64,000 nucleotides of DNA from Octopus vulgaris (GCA_951406725.2 OX597823.1:19592001-19656000), one strand, 5' to 3'. Numbered from the stretch's first letter, positions 12,263 through 25,718 are shown. Notes: generated from the letters alone by a model not told the origin. Numbers and translations are program-made.

Positions 12263-12309
12263 ATATATACATATACAATAGATATATATACATATACATA
12301 CATACACGC

Positions 12310-12340
<31 letters not shown>

Positions 12341-12597
12341 TATATATACTCATACACACACACACATATATACATACATATACACACACACATATATATA
12401 CTCATACACACACACACATATATACATACGTATATATATACTCATACACACACACACACATATACATACATATATATATACTCATACACACACACACACA
12501 CATATATATACTCATACACACACACACACATATATATACTCATACACACACACACATATATATACTCATACACACACACACACATATATATACTCAT

Positions 12598-12644
<47 letters not shown>

Positions 12645-12680
12645 CATACATACATATATACTCATACATACATATATATA
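12263..12680. repeat. Compound (CA)/(TA) array, unit ~ctcata(ca)n(ta)n
   Basis: Direct inspection. Confidence 0.95.
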
Positions 12681-12684
12681 TTAT

Positions 12685-13025
12685 CTTTTACTAGTTTCAG
12701 TCATCTGACTTTGGCCATGCTGGAACTCCAGCTTAAAAGGTTTTTAGTTGAAGAAGACGACAACCAAAACTTGTTCTTTGTAACCCTAGTACCAACACAC
12801 TAACATCGGATGTCAAGCGATAGTGGAGGGAACAAAAAGAGACACAAAAGACACACACACACACACACAGATACATACACATACATACAATGGGCTTCCT
12901 TCAGTTTCCATCTACCAAATCCATCCACAAGGCTTTGGTTGGCCTGAGGCTATGGCAGAAGACATCTGCCCAAGAAACCACGTGGTGGGACCGAACCCGG
13001 AACCATGTGGATGGAAAGCAAGCTT
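12685..13025 (-). mobile_element. SINE family A, degenerate
   Basis: gtttcagtcatctgactttggccatgctgg..tcagtttccatctaccaaatcc..gaacccggaaccatgtgg. Confidence 0.8.
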
Positions 13026-13111
13026 CTTATTCCTCTTATTTGAGATGCGATTATGAGAGAGACGTGCTGCCTTACCACTGAGAAGGGAACCATTAAACAC
13101 TGTAGTTAGTC

Positions 13112-13368
13112 CCTGAAAAGCTCTACCTGCGACGATTTCATCTCAATCGAAGGAGAGGAGCTTTCTCCGTCCAGGTTGCGGATCCGTGGAACAAGCTGAC
13201 AGACGAGATGGTGAAGATGCCGACGACCGCTTTGTTCAAAGCCTCCCTGGACCTCAAGTGGCCTGAACTCTTTACATGAACACCACCCTGTACTTAACTC
13301 CATGTCCCCTTACATGGCCTTGCTATTTGCTTTTGAGCCAAATTAACTAACTAACTAACTAACTAACT
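13112..13368 (+). pseudogene. CR1-clade LINE 3' end (ORF2 C-terminus, 3'UTR, (TAAC)n tail)
   Basis: 13112-13279 translates PEKLYLRRFHLNRRRGAFSVQVADPWNKLTDEMVKMPTTALFKASLDLKWPELFT*, matching the CR1 pattern FS.RV...WN.L........FK..LD..W. Tandem taac tail follows. Confidence 0.85.
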
Positions 13369-13875
13369 ACAAAACAGCTGGATGACCATGGCTGGAGTGG
13401 ACTGATCAATGTGTCTCCTGGTTAAGGGCAGACCTGGGGCTAAACAACAGCTACAGTTGCATCAACACTTAATATACACAGCTACATAACAATGTGAGCT
13501 GCTACCATTAAATTCAACTTCCCTATTGCACTATACTCCACAACACCACCATCACCACCATTAGGATATACCAGTAGTAAACAATCCTACCATGAAGCAA
13601 GCTCCAACAACCCACCCCTCGTTTCCCCACCACCACACAGAAACCACTGCCGCCACCACCACCACCGACACTACCACTACCACTGCCGCCACCACCACTG
13701 CCACCACCACCACCACAAGGATGTGTCAGCTGTGGTGAATATGTGATTCATAAGGAAGAAAGAAACCATGGGTGTGGTGGAGTTTAGCTATGAGATTTTT
13801 TTTTCTCTATCTTCCCCACTACCGTAACACCACCACCTGTATCCCATTCCCACCTCTCCTTCCGGTTACCAAAGA

Positions 13876-14735
13876 ATATATATATATATACATGTATATA
13901 TATATACATATACATACACATATATATATATACATATACATGTATATACACACATATATATATATATATACATATACATGTATATACACACATATATATA
14001 TACATATACATGTATATACACACATATATATATACATATACATGTATATACACACATATATATATATATACATGTATATACACACACATATATATATATA
14101 TACATGTATATACACATATATATATATATATATACATATACATGTATATACACATATATATATACATATACATGTATATACACATATATATATATACATA
14201 TACATGTATATACACATATATATATATACATATACATGTATATACACACACATATATATATATATATACATGTATATACACATATATATATATATATATA
14301 CATATACATGTATATACACATATATATATATACATATACATGTATATACACATATATATATATACATATACATGTATATACACATATATATATATACATA
14401 TACATGTATATATACACATATATATATATACATATACATGTATATACACATATATATATATACATATACATGTATATACACATATATATATATACATATA
14501 CATGTATATACACATATATATATATATATACATATACATGTATATACACATATATATATACATATACATGTATATACACATATATATATATACATATACA
14601 TGTATATACACACATATATATATATACATGTATATACACATACATATACATACACATATATATACATACATACATACATACATACATACACACACATATA
14701 CATGTCTATATATTTATACATACATATACACACAT
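13876..14735. repeat. ~860-bp higher-order microsatellite, unit CATATACATGTATATACA(CA)(TA)n
   Basis: Direct inspection. Source of the 250-350 aa spurious ORFs. Confidence 0.97.
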
Positions 14736-15653
14736 AAGACCCAACACACACACACCACCACCAAGAGGGGTGAATAGGGCCTCTATGATCAAAAAGCCAA
14801 GGTATAATTGGTACCAAGTTGGTTAACGCTTGGAGACTCAGTGTGTCAAAGTTTAGTGTATATAAACTCGCTATATAGAACAACATATTATAAACACAGG
14901 CTGCGTAGATAATGTTTTATGTGTACGAACACTGTAAGGTGATGCATCGACAGAAACGGAAAAGAAGAGAATAAAATGCCTTGTGATGTTCCACTTTTAA
15001 ATCCCAAGGTCATCCTCCTTTCTAAGGGTCACTGAAATAAATATGAGTTAAGTAGGCATCAAATCTATTTGCTGATAGCCTTCCCTTATACACATATATA
15101 AAACACAAAAAAAAAAAAATGTGTGCCACTCTGACTATGTTAAGAATCACTCAGGATGGATGAGCAGCAAAATAGGTAAAGCATTCTACAGAATTCTTTG
15201 AAGTATTTAGTTATGTCTTCCAGGTTCTGAGTTCAAAAATCTTGCTGAGGTCAGCTTCCTTTTCACTCTTTTCAAGTCGTTAAGAAAAAGTACAAGTCAA
15301 AATTTAGGTCATATTGTTTCATCTTTTTATATGATACAGTGAACGGAGGAAGGGAAATTACTCATAGTTCCTTTTGAGGGCCTCTGTCTGTGACTGAGGG
15401 GGAGGGAGAGCCATCAAATAGGTCATATCATATCATTTAATATCCATTGTCCATGGGTTGCAGTGAATGGATGAAGAGGAAGTACACATGGTGCCTTTTG
15501 AAAGACTCTGTGACTGGTGGCAGGAGGTGGGGAGAGAAAGTTATCCTCTTGGAATACTTGCAATAATATCAGATTTCATTAAAAGCACACGAGGGCCCTC
15601 AGAATTTCCAGGTTGCTGTCTGGCATGCTGAAGTGAGGCATCCCTTAGCTTTT

Positions 15654-15957
15654 TTGTTTTGTTCCTTCTCGAGCCATGCCTGGCTCATAAGGGTCGGTTT
15701 CCCTGTTTCTTGGCATATAGGATCCCCACCTGGATGGGACACCGGGCCGTCACAGGTGAGCTGCGAGATGCAGGAGGAAAGAGTGAGAGAAAGTTGTGGC
15801 GAAAGACTCAGCAGAAGTTCACCATTACCTTCTGCCGGAGTCGCAGGAAGCTTAGGTGTTTTCGTTCATAAACACACACATCACCCGGTCTGAGATTCGA
15901 ATCCATGATCCCTCGACCGCGAGTCCGCTGCTCTAACCACTAGGCCATGTGCCTCCA
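15654..15957 (-). mobile_element. SINE family D (tRNA head, possibly octopus OR-type), tail 1 (V-domain-like)
   Basis: Head tggcctagtggttagagcagcggactcgcggtc..ttcgaatc. TSD catcccttagctttt at 15639-15653 and 15958-15972. Confidence 0.9.
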
Positions 15958-16789
15958 CATCCCTTAGCTTTTGTTAAAGCATGTCTCTATTACTTCAAAC
16001 CCAGTCTACATCTGTTCAGATAATTGGCGGTGACTTGGTCAGCGAATCCTCTATGAACACTGTAGAAGATACAGGGGCATTGGTAGAAGAAATTTGTCCA
16101 TGGTGCTATAGAGTGAGACTGAACCTGAAACCATGGGTTGAGAAGCAAGCTTCTCATTCCCACGGCCATGACCTGTGTCTTAGATCTATGATTAAATACA
16201 TTTCATCTATGACCATTCAATAATCATTCTTCCAGATACAACATAACTAAAACTATAGAATCCAATACGTCTTTGTGTTTAAAATGGTGTGTTTTGGGGG
16301 GAAAATTTGGCAGCTATTTTTCACAGACTGGGCAATCATATAGATTGATAGTATATCTTGGACTACTTTGAGCAATGTGACCTTTCCTATTTTAAGTCAG
16401 TAAAATGTAATATAAAAGGGATTTGGCAGTTATTTCTAGCACTGAGTTGGAGAACGACATCAGTTATAAATTTTCCGACTGTGGTTTTCCAGATTATGAC
16501 TGTGCATTATTCTGATGCTGACTTCAAATAGTTTCTTCCTTTATAGAATAGGAAACCAATTGAAGTAATTAATAGTAATTATTGCACTCTCACGTCCTTA
16601 ATAAATGAGAGTGGTTCGTAACGAGCTGAGGAAGATGACTTAGTCTGTCTCTCTAGAACTTAGCTCTTCAACACAAGCTCTACCTACCATCTAATACACA
16701 AACCAACAAGGGGGTGGTGACTCAAGTGATAGCTTCACCTGCTACAAATAGCAGCCAAATTGCCCTCAAATCATATCCTGCTGCCTTAA

Positions 16790-17012
16790 CCCTTTTGTTA
16801 CCGTATTTCCGTTTAGACGCCCTGTGTTTCTTTCAATTAATTTTAAATATAACAAAGAATTTAGTAAAAATAACTTGGTTATCATTAAACTAGTGTTAGG
16901 AACATAAATTGCGATTAAGGTTTAGTGGAAGATTTTAACTCAGAACTTTTGAAAACAAGACATTTGTACTCCAGAGCCAGAGGTGGTTTCAGCCAGGTTG
17001 GTATCGAAAGGG
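16790..17012. mobile_element. piggyBac-type MITE family 2, followed by a partial duplicate of one end at 17131-17203
   Basis: TTAA|CCCTTTTGTTACC..GGTATCGAAAGGG. Reverse homologue of 7091-7305. Confidence 0.8.
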
Positions 17013-17287
17013 TAAAAAAAGAAAAAGTTGTAGCAGAGGCTGATGCAGTCTTAAACATCAGCCCACGAACACTTTTGATCATATGCTTCCTATATCTACT
17101 CCATCACTTCTTAACAATAAATAAATATGAAAGATTTTAACTCAAAACTTTTGAAAACAAGACATTTGTACTCAGAACCAGAGGTTGGTATCAAAATGGT
17201 TAAAATCCAAACTTACAAAAAAAAAAAGAATTCAATTTAGAAATACTAAATCAAATTCCACACAATATAATATATATATAAAATATC

Positions 17288-17500
17288 AGAAAAAAACCCA
17301 CCTTTTATCAATTCAAAATGAATAATTAAATTACACCATCTAGAATAATTTTCTTAAAACTAAATATTATATACATTATATTATTTTTGTAATTTATTTA
17401 ATCTTTACTTTTTATTGTTATTTTAATTTTATCTTTTCTATTATAAGTAATTTTCTAGATGGTGTAATTCATTTTGAATTGATAAAAGGTGGGTTTTTTT

Positions 17501-17502
<2 letters not shown>
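17288..17502. repeat. Inverted repeat (~60-bp arms) flanked by TA repeats
   Basis: agaaaaaaacccaccttttatcaattcaaaatgaat..tacaccatctagaa versus ttctagatggtgtaattcattttgaattgataaaaggtgggtttttttct. Confidence 0.9.
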
Positions 17503-17539
<37 letters not shown>

Positions 17540-17582
17540 AGAGTAGAGAAAATAGTACTGAAATACCGGAGGTAGAGTAATG

Positions 17583-17749
17583 TACTTTATTAATAAAGCT
17601 GCAAAGACATCACAGAAACTGCTACTCTGAGTTTCATGTTCCTGTTTGCCAGACAGTTTTGATTCTCAACCAAAACTGTCCAACGAACGGGAATGTGAAA
17701 CTCTGAGTAACAGGTTTTGTGATGTCTTTGCAGTTTTATTAATAAAGTA
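17583..17749. ncRNA. Fold-back of two decayed minimal type I hammerhead ribozyme motifs
   Basis: ~79-bp arms. Plus arm: aaaactgt-CCAACGA-acgggaatgt-GAAA-ctctgag-TA-acaggtttt. Minus arm: aaaactgt-CTGGCAA-acaggaacat-GAAA-ctcagag-TA-gcagtttc. Confidence 0.75.
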
Positions 17750-17799
17750 TATATATGTATATATATGTATGTGTATATATGTATATGTATGTGTGTATG

Positions 17800-17844
<45 letters not shown>

Positions 17845-18183
17845 CACACACATACATAATTATACATACCAAGCAAGTATTTGCTCATTACTAAGCTCTA
17901 ACAACATTCACAACAATACAGCAATGCACACACAACACAGCAACATACACAATAACACAACGAAATGCACACACACACACACACACACGCATACACACTG
18001 TAACAATAAATCTAGACATCCCTAATCCTTGCATAGTAGGTTCGTGATTTACAAACTAATACAAAGAAACACATCATATACACCTTAATAGCCTACAGAC
18101 ATACACCTCACACAAACACACACATTATGGTGCATAGTGACCTACAGTTATTTCCCCTGTTGCTCCTGCATATATGAAACTCC

Positions 18184-18813
18184 GGATCTTTTCGGTTTGA
18201 ACGGCAGTTTTTTTCTAGCGGTGTCATATGAAATTGTCACTCATAATTATGACCCTAGTATCGATCTATTGCATTTCAATCTGTTTTAAGGTTAGGGAAG
18301 GGTATCTTTTTTTCTTCAGAAATGTAAATAAACCCAATCTGTTTCTTAACCCTTTAGTGTTCGCATTATTCTGCCCAAATTAATCCTTTTTTATCCACAT
18401 TGCCATGAACTAATCAGGCATTATCTTGATGCTATGAAATTTTGATGAGGTAGCTGTTAATTTTTAAAACAATATTGTAGGGTTGGTCTGAGAGACCAGA
18501 TCTGGCCAGTTTGAACATAAAACATGCAGAATACTTTTGGCCAGATATAGCCGGTTTAAATGTTAAAGGGTTAAATGAGGGACATATTCATATGGCACAG
18601 AATGTTTTTTACCTCAATAGATGTCACTGATTGGTTGAAATTGCAGAAATTGAAGAAAAAAAACAACAAATATCTTACAAACTATGGAATTTTCTCAATA
18701 AAGCCAAGAGAAAAAAGATGTTTTATAAACACATTCTACCAGTATACGAAGTTTAAAATTTTTTAGTAACCTAGAAATTAAGTCAAAAACTGCCGTTCAA
18801 ACCGAAAAGATCC
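18184..18813 (+). mobile_element. Merlin-type MITE family M1 with nested piggyBac MITE
   Basis: TIR GGATCTTTTCGGTTTGAACGGCAGTTTTT. Perfect 8-bp TSD gaaactcc at 18176-18183 and 18814-18821. 5'-GG termini. Confidence 0.88.
18350..18570. mobile_element. piggyBac-type MITE family 1 nested in M1
   Basis: TTAA|CCCTTTAG..TTAAAGGG|TTAA. The uninterrupted site gtttcttaaacgaggg is seen (reverse strand) in the M1 copy at 55222-55621. Confidence 0.9.
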
Positions 18814-18954
18814 GAAACTCCTTTCTTTCCCTATCCCTTCCAGTCATTCTACTTCCAACCATCTTCAACATGACCCGATATAGATTCATGTGTATTTCTC
18901 CATTATTTTAGTCTTTATCCTTTTCTCTACACTTTTCCATATTCTTTTATCCTT

Positions 18955-19590
18955 TTCTTTCAGTCATTTGACTGCAGCCATGCTGGAGCACCACCTTTGG
19001 TCAAACAAATCAACCTCAGGACTTGGCTTCTTTCAGTTTCCATATACCAAATCCACTCACAAGGTTTTGGACGGTATGAGGCTCTAGTAGAAGACACTTG
19101 CCCAAGACACCACGCAGTGGGACTGAACCCAGAACCATGTGGTTAGTCAGTAAGCTATTTACCACACAGCTACTCCTGCACCTATTACTCTTTTACTTGT
19201 TTCAGCCATTTGACTGTGACCATGCTGGAGCACTGCCTTTAGTCGAGCAAATCAACCCCAGGACTTATTCTTTGTAAGCCTAGTACTTATTCTATCAGTC
19301 TCTTTTGCCAAACCACTAAGTTACAGGGACATAAACACACCAGCATCAGTTGTCAAGCGATGTTGAGGAGACAAATACATACAAACATATATATATATGT
19401 ATATATATATACATATATATATATACAATGGGCTTCTTTCAGTTTCCGTCTACCAAATCAACTCACAAGGCTTTGGTTGGCATGAGGCTATAGTAGAAGA
19501 CACTTGTCCAAGACGCCATGCAGTTGGGACTGAACCCAGAACCATGTGGTTGGTAAGTAAGCTACTTACCACACAGCCACTCCTGCGCCT
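18955..19590 (-). mobile_element. Two tandem SINE family A copies (first internally deleted)
   Basis: 18955-19182 and 19185-19590 each run from tail to head (ccactcctgcgcc). Confidence 0.88.
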
Positions 19591-20164
19591 ATATGTTCAA
19601 TTTTCCAGAGAATAGGTTAAGCTTAAAACAAAGACATTTCTACTTTCTTCTCAATGAGTAACAAACTTATAATTACACTTTGTTCTCCATTCATCTCCAG
19701 TGCTCTTACCTTCATTATTGTATGCAAGTAGGTTGGGGTCATGTGGCTGAGCATGAGAAGGCCTCACCACAAATAGCTGAAAACTTAACTGAAAAATCAA
19801 TACAGTAAAGCCTGAGAGACCAAAATCTCACAAGGTAGAATGCCAAACGTTGAAAGATCAAAATTCTAAATTTTTAACTATTTTAGGGGAAAATAATAAG
19901 AAAAATTGTCTTAAAAGCTATTTATTGAGTTTTTTCTTCTTTTTTATCACACTTCAACAATATCAGAATCACAAAAGTGAAATTTTGTGAGCCTATGAAA
20001 AGAAAAAGGAAAAATAGAAAACTGTATTGCACGGATATACTGAAGGCATGAATACAAACTGTAGTAGTTTATTTATTGAATATTCCCATTTTTTGAATTC
20101 TCTCATTATTAAAAATTTCCCCACTTTTTCTTTCAATAGACCAGCTACTAGGTAGTAATTGCAT

Positions 20165-20333
20165 GCAAGGATTGGCTGTGTGGTAAGTAGCTTGTTTACC
20201 AACCACATGGTTCCGGGTTAAGTCTCACTGCGTGGTACCTTAGGCAAGTGTCTTCTACTATAGCCTCGGGCTGACCAAAGCCTTATGAGTGGATTTGGTA
20301 CGCGGAAACTGAAAGAAGCCCATCGTATATATG

Positions 20334-20364
<31 letters not shown>

Positions 20365-20568
20365 ATGTTTGTGTGTCTGTGTTTGTCCCCCCCCCCACCA
20401 ACATCACTTGACAACCAATGCTGGTGTGTTTACGTCCCCATAACTTAACGGTTTGGCAAAAAAGACCAATAGAATAAGTCCTGGGTCGATTTGCTCAACT
20501 AAAGGCAGTGCTCCAGCATGGCCACAGTCAAATGACTGGAACAAGTAAAAGAGTAAAAAAAAGAGTAA
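20165..20568 (+). mobile_element. SINE family A, full length
   Basis: Head, internal microsatellite and (gtaaaaga)n tail. Confidence 0.9.
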
Positions 20569-20748
20569 GTGATGGCTAAGTTTTTTTTTCTAACGAGTGT
20601 GTGAGAGAGCATAGATAGACCCTAACACATGAGCAAGTAGATATACAAACAAAAAAGCAAGAGAGAGAACTCAAGGGCTTACTCAGTCACTACTTTTACT
20701 CTCCAAATTGCAAATTCTATCATTATATACATGTGTAGTAGAGTCAGT

Positions 20749-21380
20749 AAGGCAGCGAGGTGAAATGCTTAGCGGTATTTTGTCCATCACTACGTTCTGA
20801 GTTCAAATTTCACTGAGGTTGACTTTGCCCTTCATCCTTTCAGGGTTGATAAATTAAGTACCAGTTGCATACTGGGGTTGATCTAATCGACTGCCTTCCT
20901 CCCCCAAAATTTTGGGCCTTGTGCCTAGAGCAGTGCTTTTCAAACTTTTTGCTGGAGCGGAACCCCAAGGAAACATTCCACTGGCTCGAGGAACCCCTGT
21001 GCAATAATTTAATAGTTTTATGCACACATATCTGCACAGGAGAATTAAAAATTACTGCCGACTTTAGCAGTTTTGTAACTTCTTGCGGAACCCCTGCACT
21101 GTGCTGGTGGAACCCTGGTTGAAAACCACTGGCCTAGAGTATAAAATATATCCTTACTTTTAAGGCAGTGATCTGACAGAAACGTTAGCACGGCGGGCGA
21201 AATGCTTAGCTGTATTTCGTCTGCCACTACGTTCTGAGTTCAAATTCTGCTGAAGTCGACTTTGCCTTTCATCCCTTCGGGGGTCGATAAATTAAGTGCC
21301 ACTTATGCACTGGGGGTCGATGTAATCAATTAATCCCCTCCCCACAAATTTCAGGCCTTGTGCCTAGAGTAGAAAGGATT
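20749..21380 (+). mobile_element. Two tandem SINE family B copies (first carries a hAT MITE)
   Basis: 20749-21150 and 21162-21380 both contain gcc(t/c)ttcatcc..gataaattaagt. Confidence 0.85.
20931..21131. mobile_element. hAT (Charlie-like) MITE
   Basis: TIRs CAGTGCTTTTCAA / TTGAAAACCACTG. Perfect 8-bp TSD gcctagag. GGAACCC subterminal repeats. Confidence 0.9.
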
Positions 21381-21769
21381 GCTAAGTGTGTGTGTGTGAG
21401 GAGAGAGAGACAGGTAGACAAGCAGAAGGAGAGGAGGAGAGAGAAAGCTTTGTTAGAGCAACACAGGAATTTTCCTAAACATGTTTAACTGGAACAGTTT
21501 GTGCAGGATGTAAAAATCCCCTATAACCTTCTTCCCTCTCCTTTCTCCTAGATACAGACCCTACCTGGCACAATCCTGGGGGAGGGGATATTTTCAAGTC
21601 TTCTGACATGCACTCTTCTATATTGACTTATAGAACCAGAGAAAGGCACGGAATGAGAAAAATGTCTCTCGGTCTCTCTCACATGCACACACACAAGCAA
21701 GCAAACACACATGCATGCACACACACACACACACATGTTCATACATACAAGCACATGTACCAGCGTATC

Positions 21770-21779
21770 TATGTGTGTG

Positions 21780-21815
<36 letters not shown>

Positions 21816-22321
21816 GATATATACATACATATATACATATATATACACATATATATATACATATATATATACATATATATATACATGTATATATACATAT
21901 ATATACACATATATACACATATATATACACATATATATACATATATATACATATATATATACACATATATACACACATATATATACATATATATACATAT
22001 ATATACACACATATATACACATATATATACATATATACATATACATATATATACATATATATATATACATATATATACATATATATATATACATATATAT
22101 ACATATACATATATATACATATATATACATATATACAAATATATACATATATATATACATATATACAAATATATACATATATACAAATATATACATATAT
22201 ATATACATATATATATATATATACACATATATATATATATACACATATATATATATATATAATACACATATATATATACATATATACACACACACATATA
22301 TATATATATACACACACACAC
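21770..22321. repeat. Compound (TA)n/CATA microsatellite array
   Basis: Direct inspection. Confidence 0.97.
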
Positions 22322-22384
22322 AATGAAAGAAAAACAAAATGTACACGTGGTTAATTTTCTTCCTCAATTAAGTACGACCAAGGC

Positions 22385-22668
22385 CACCACCACCAATATT
22401 GCCAACAGCTTCTCCACAATTACCCACACCATCACCAACAACAACACTGATACTACAACTACAAGTTCTATCATGTAACCACATACAGCATCACCAATCA
22501 CCACCACCACCACCAAAATCTATACACCACCACCACTGCCACTACGAATACTACTTCAACCATCATTACTACTGCTGCCAAGTGCACCACCCCCACCATT
22601 TCCATGAGGCCACCATTCCTCATCACCACCACCACCACCACCATCACCACCACCACCTACATCATCCC
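22385..22668. repeat. Degenerate (CAC/CAT)n low-complexity tract
   Basis: Direct inspection. Similar tracts at 11290-11460 and 13545-13720. Confidence 0.85.
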
Positions 22669-23664
22669 CCAATATTTTGAAGTCACCCTTCTTCACCTTA
22701 GTCAACCACCTTGACAGTTTCTTCTTTTGTGGGACACTGACCTACTCTGATCCCACTTTGGTTAACTGGATTTTAAAAAAATTTTCACTCTTAACTTTCT
22801 CTCTCCCTATCTCTCTCTCTCTCTCTCTCTCTGACACAATTTCAGATAAGGGAGAGAGGGAAGTAGAAATGAGCAGAGAGAGAGAGAGAGAGAGAGAGAG
22901 TAGGGATACTGTTAAATGAAATTATGATAGAGGAAAAAAAAAGGTTAGATGTATGCCGAGAAAGAGATGTACAGAGAGACAGAGAGAGATGGTGGGAGAA
23001 TATAGAAGAAATTAGTAGAGAAGAATGAAAACATATGGATAGATAGATAGATAGACAGATAGATATACCTATGCTAGTGTGTGTGTGTGTGTGTACAGTG
23101 TGGGAGAAAGGGGAAGGAGATACAACTTAAGTCACTTCATTGTTTCTGGGGTTTGTCAAGCTCAACAATCCCTCTATCTCTCAAGCTATCTCTCTATCTT
23201 ATCAACACCCTAAGCTCCTCTTCCTCAAATCTTACAAAAAAAAAAAAAAAATAAAAAAAAAACCCCATCCACCTTGCCAACAGGCTAAATTTCTTGTCAA
23301 CCTAGATAACACCCTTTTTTTTTTTCCTTTCCTTATTATTTATTTATTTATCTTCCTCTTTCCTAATTGACAATTTGACAATTTAGCAGAGCCTTAGTAC
23401 TTAGACTTAACTCACCTACACCGCACATCAGATGTACACGTATACAGGCACAGGTACACAAACACTCACACGAATACATACACACACACACACACAGATA
23501 CACCCATAAAAGAAAGAAACAAAACAAAAGAATGCCTGAATGGGTGTTAAGTCAGAGTGAGATTTGAACCCTTTTAATTTCCTAAATAAAGAGGTGTTGC
23601 TTGTTGACTGTCCCAGGTGTTTGACAGGGAGACATGTGGAGGGGTTGCCTTTTGCCTTTTACTT

Positions 23665-24035
23665 GCTTATTTCAATCATTAGACTGCGACCATGCTGGGG
23701 CACCCCACCTTGAAGGTTTTAGTTGAATAAACTTGACCCCCTCCCTCCCTGCCCCACCAACTTACTTTTCAAGTCTGGTATGTGTTCGCTTCTCTGTTTT
23801 GCTGAACTGTTAAATTTCAGGGACATAAACAAACCAACAATGGGTGGGAGGTGGCAAACACACACACACACGACAGTCTCCCACACAGTTTCTGCCTAAC
23901 CAATTCACTTGCAAGACATGGGTTAGCCTGAAGCAATAGAAGAAGACAATTGCCCAAGGTGGAGCAGAGTGGAACTGAACCTGAAACCATGTGATTATAA
24001 ACCAAGTCTTCGTAACCACACAATCACGCCAGCAC
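23665..24035 (-). mobile_element. SINE family A, degenerate
   Basis: ttcaatcattagactgcgaccatgctgggg..gaagacaattgcccaaggt..gaacctgaaaccatgtg. Confidence 0.75.
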
Positions 24036-24689
24036 CAATGTGGAAAAAAACCAACCCCCACACCCACTCCATGTTGTACTTCAAAAGGGAGAGGAAGAGT
24101 TTCAGGAGGGAAAGAGAGAGGGGGAGGTACAAGAAGGAAAGAGAGAGAGAGAGAGTCCTAGTGGAAAAGGTACTTGGCTGTTGTTTAGCCCCAGGTCAGC
24201 CTTGAGTAACAATCAAAAGCAATTTCAAGTTATGGCCACATTGTCTTTCTCTTGGCATAACATATCTAGGACTACATTATCTAATGTGTCCCCTTGTTTT
24301 AAGACAGTGGGATGTAGTCTGAAAGAGACCTGGCTGCTATTTCTAGTAGAATTGGCAACCATAAACAGACTACCTTGGTTTGAATGGTAAGGCTGTTAAA
24401 TGGAGCTGGGGATATCCAAACATTTTAGTTAGAACCATCATGATTTAGCAAAAGAAAACAATTCTACTTAATATTTATCTAGTGAGAACAGACAAACTTA
24501 TTAAACTCAGCAACTTATATCAATTGTGTTATGATTTTGGCAATCCTGGGTGATGGCTGGGCATGTTCCAACCTTATTGGACCTCTTCAGTGAAGCATGG
24601 TCTTCTCTGTATTTGGTGAATATTTCAAAATCCTACCTAAATTAAAAAGCATTATTTGATGAATGATTGGAGAATCATTAGTGTCATAG

Positions 24690-25222
24690 TATCTTGTTCC
24701 TTTTGAGATTGATAAAATAAGTACCAGCTGAATACTGGTGATGATGTAATATACTTAACCCTGTCCCCAAAAACTGATGGTTTTGTGCTAAAATTTGAAA
24801 CCTTTCAACAGCGATGAGTTGGCAGAATCATTTGTATATTGGACAAAATACTCAGCAGCGTTTCTTTCCATTCTGAGTTCAAATTCTGCCGAAGTCAACT
24901 TTGTCTTTTATACTTTTAGGGTTGATATAATCAACTAACCATCTCCTCAAAAGTGCTAGCTTTGTGCCAAAATTAGGAATTATTATAATTATTATCATTA
25001 TTAAGGTGGTAAGCTGGTAGAATTGTTAGCATGCTGGACAAAATACTTAGTGGTATTTTGCCCGTAGCTACGTTCTGAGTTCAAATTCCACCGAGGTCGA
25101 CTTTGTCTTTCATCCTTTGGGTTCGCTAAATTAAGTACCAGTTGAGTACTGGGATTGATGTAATCGACCATCACCCTGCTGTAAATTTGAGGCCTTCTGC
25201 TTTTAGTAGACACGATTATTAT
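24690..25222 (+). mobile_element. Head-to-tail cluster of three SINE family B copies
   Basis: Repeated ctgagttcaaattc and taagtaccag motifs. The last two copies are separated by an (ATT)n tract. Confidence 0.8.
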
Positions 25223-25373
25223 AATACCTCAGGTATCTAAAAGGTTTCGCCAACATGTTCCATACATTCACTTTAACATGAAGTCCCTATAAAGAACAGT
25301 GTGTTCCATTCTAAATAAGGCTATTTCTCAGTGGTGTGTGTGTGTATGTGTACACACACACACATATATATAA

Positions 25374-25718
25374 TGTAGAGATGCAATGGCCCAGTGGTTA
25401 GGGCAGTTGACTGGCAGTCATAAGATCACACTTTCAATTCCCAGACCAGGCTTTGTGAATGTTTATTGAGTGAAAACCCCTAAAGTTCCATGTGGCTCTG
25501 GCAGGGTGTGGTGGTGTACCCTGCTGTATTCTTCCACCACAACTTTCTTCCTGCTTGTCGTACCTGTATTTCAAAGGATCAGCCTTGTCACACTCTGTGT
25601 CACGCTGAATCTCCCCCGAGAACTACGTTAAGAGTATACGTGTCTGTGGAGTGCTCAGCCACTAGCATGTTAATTTCACAAGCTGGCTGTTCCGTTGATC
25701 GAATCAACTGGAAACCTT
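25374..25718 (+). mobile_element. SINE family D, tail 2
   Basis: Head aatggcccagtggttagggcag. Tail ttcaaaggatcagccttgtcacactctgtgtcac, with a degenerate relative near 43060-43410. Confidence 0.8.

Noticed and set aside
13772-14886. ORFs of 255-355 aa in multiple frames on both strands
   Set aside because: Translations of TA/CA microsatellite (Y/I/H/T or C/V/M runs) that lacks stop codons by composition.
21515-21630. Strong plus-strand splice acceptor at ~21551 (another at ~29731)
   Set aside because: No recognisable coding frame or matching donor. Polypyrimidine-AG motifs are common here by chance.
21548-22367. ORFs of 183-257 aa
   Set aside because: Same microsatellite artefact.
22399-22680. 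His/Pro-rich 93-aa ORF
   Set aside because: Degenerate CAC repeat with a non-ATG start, no splice context and no domain.
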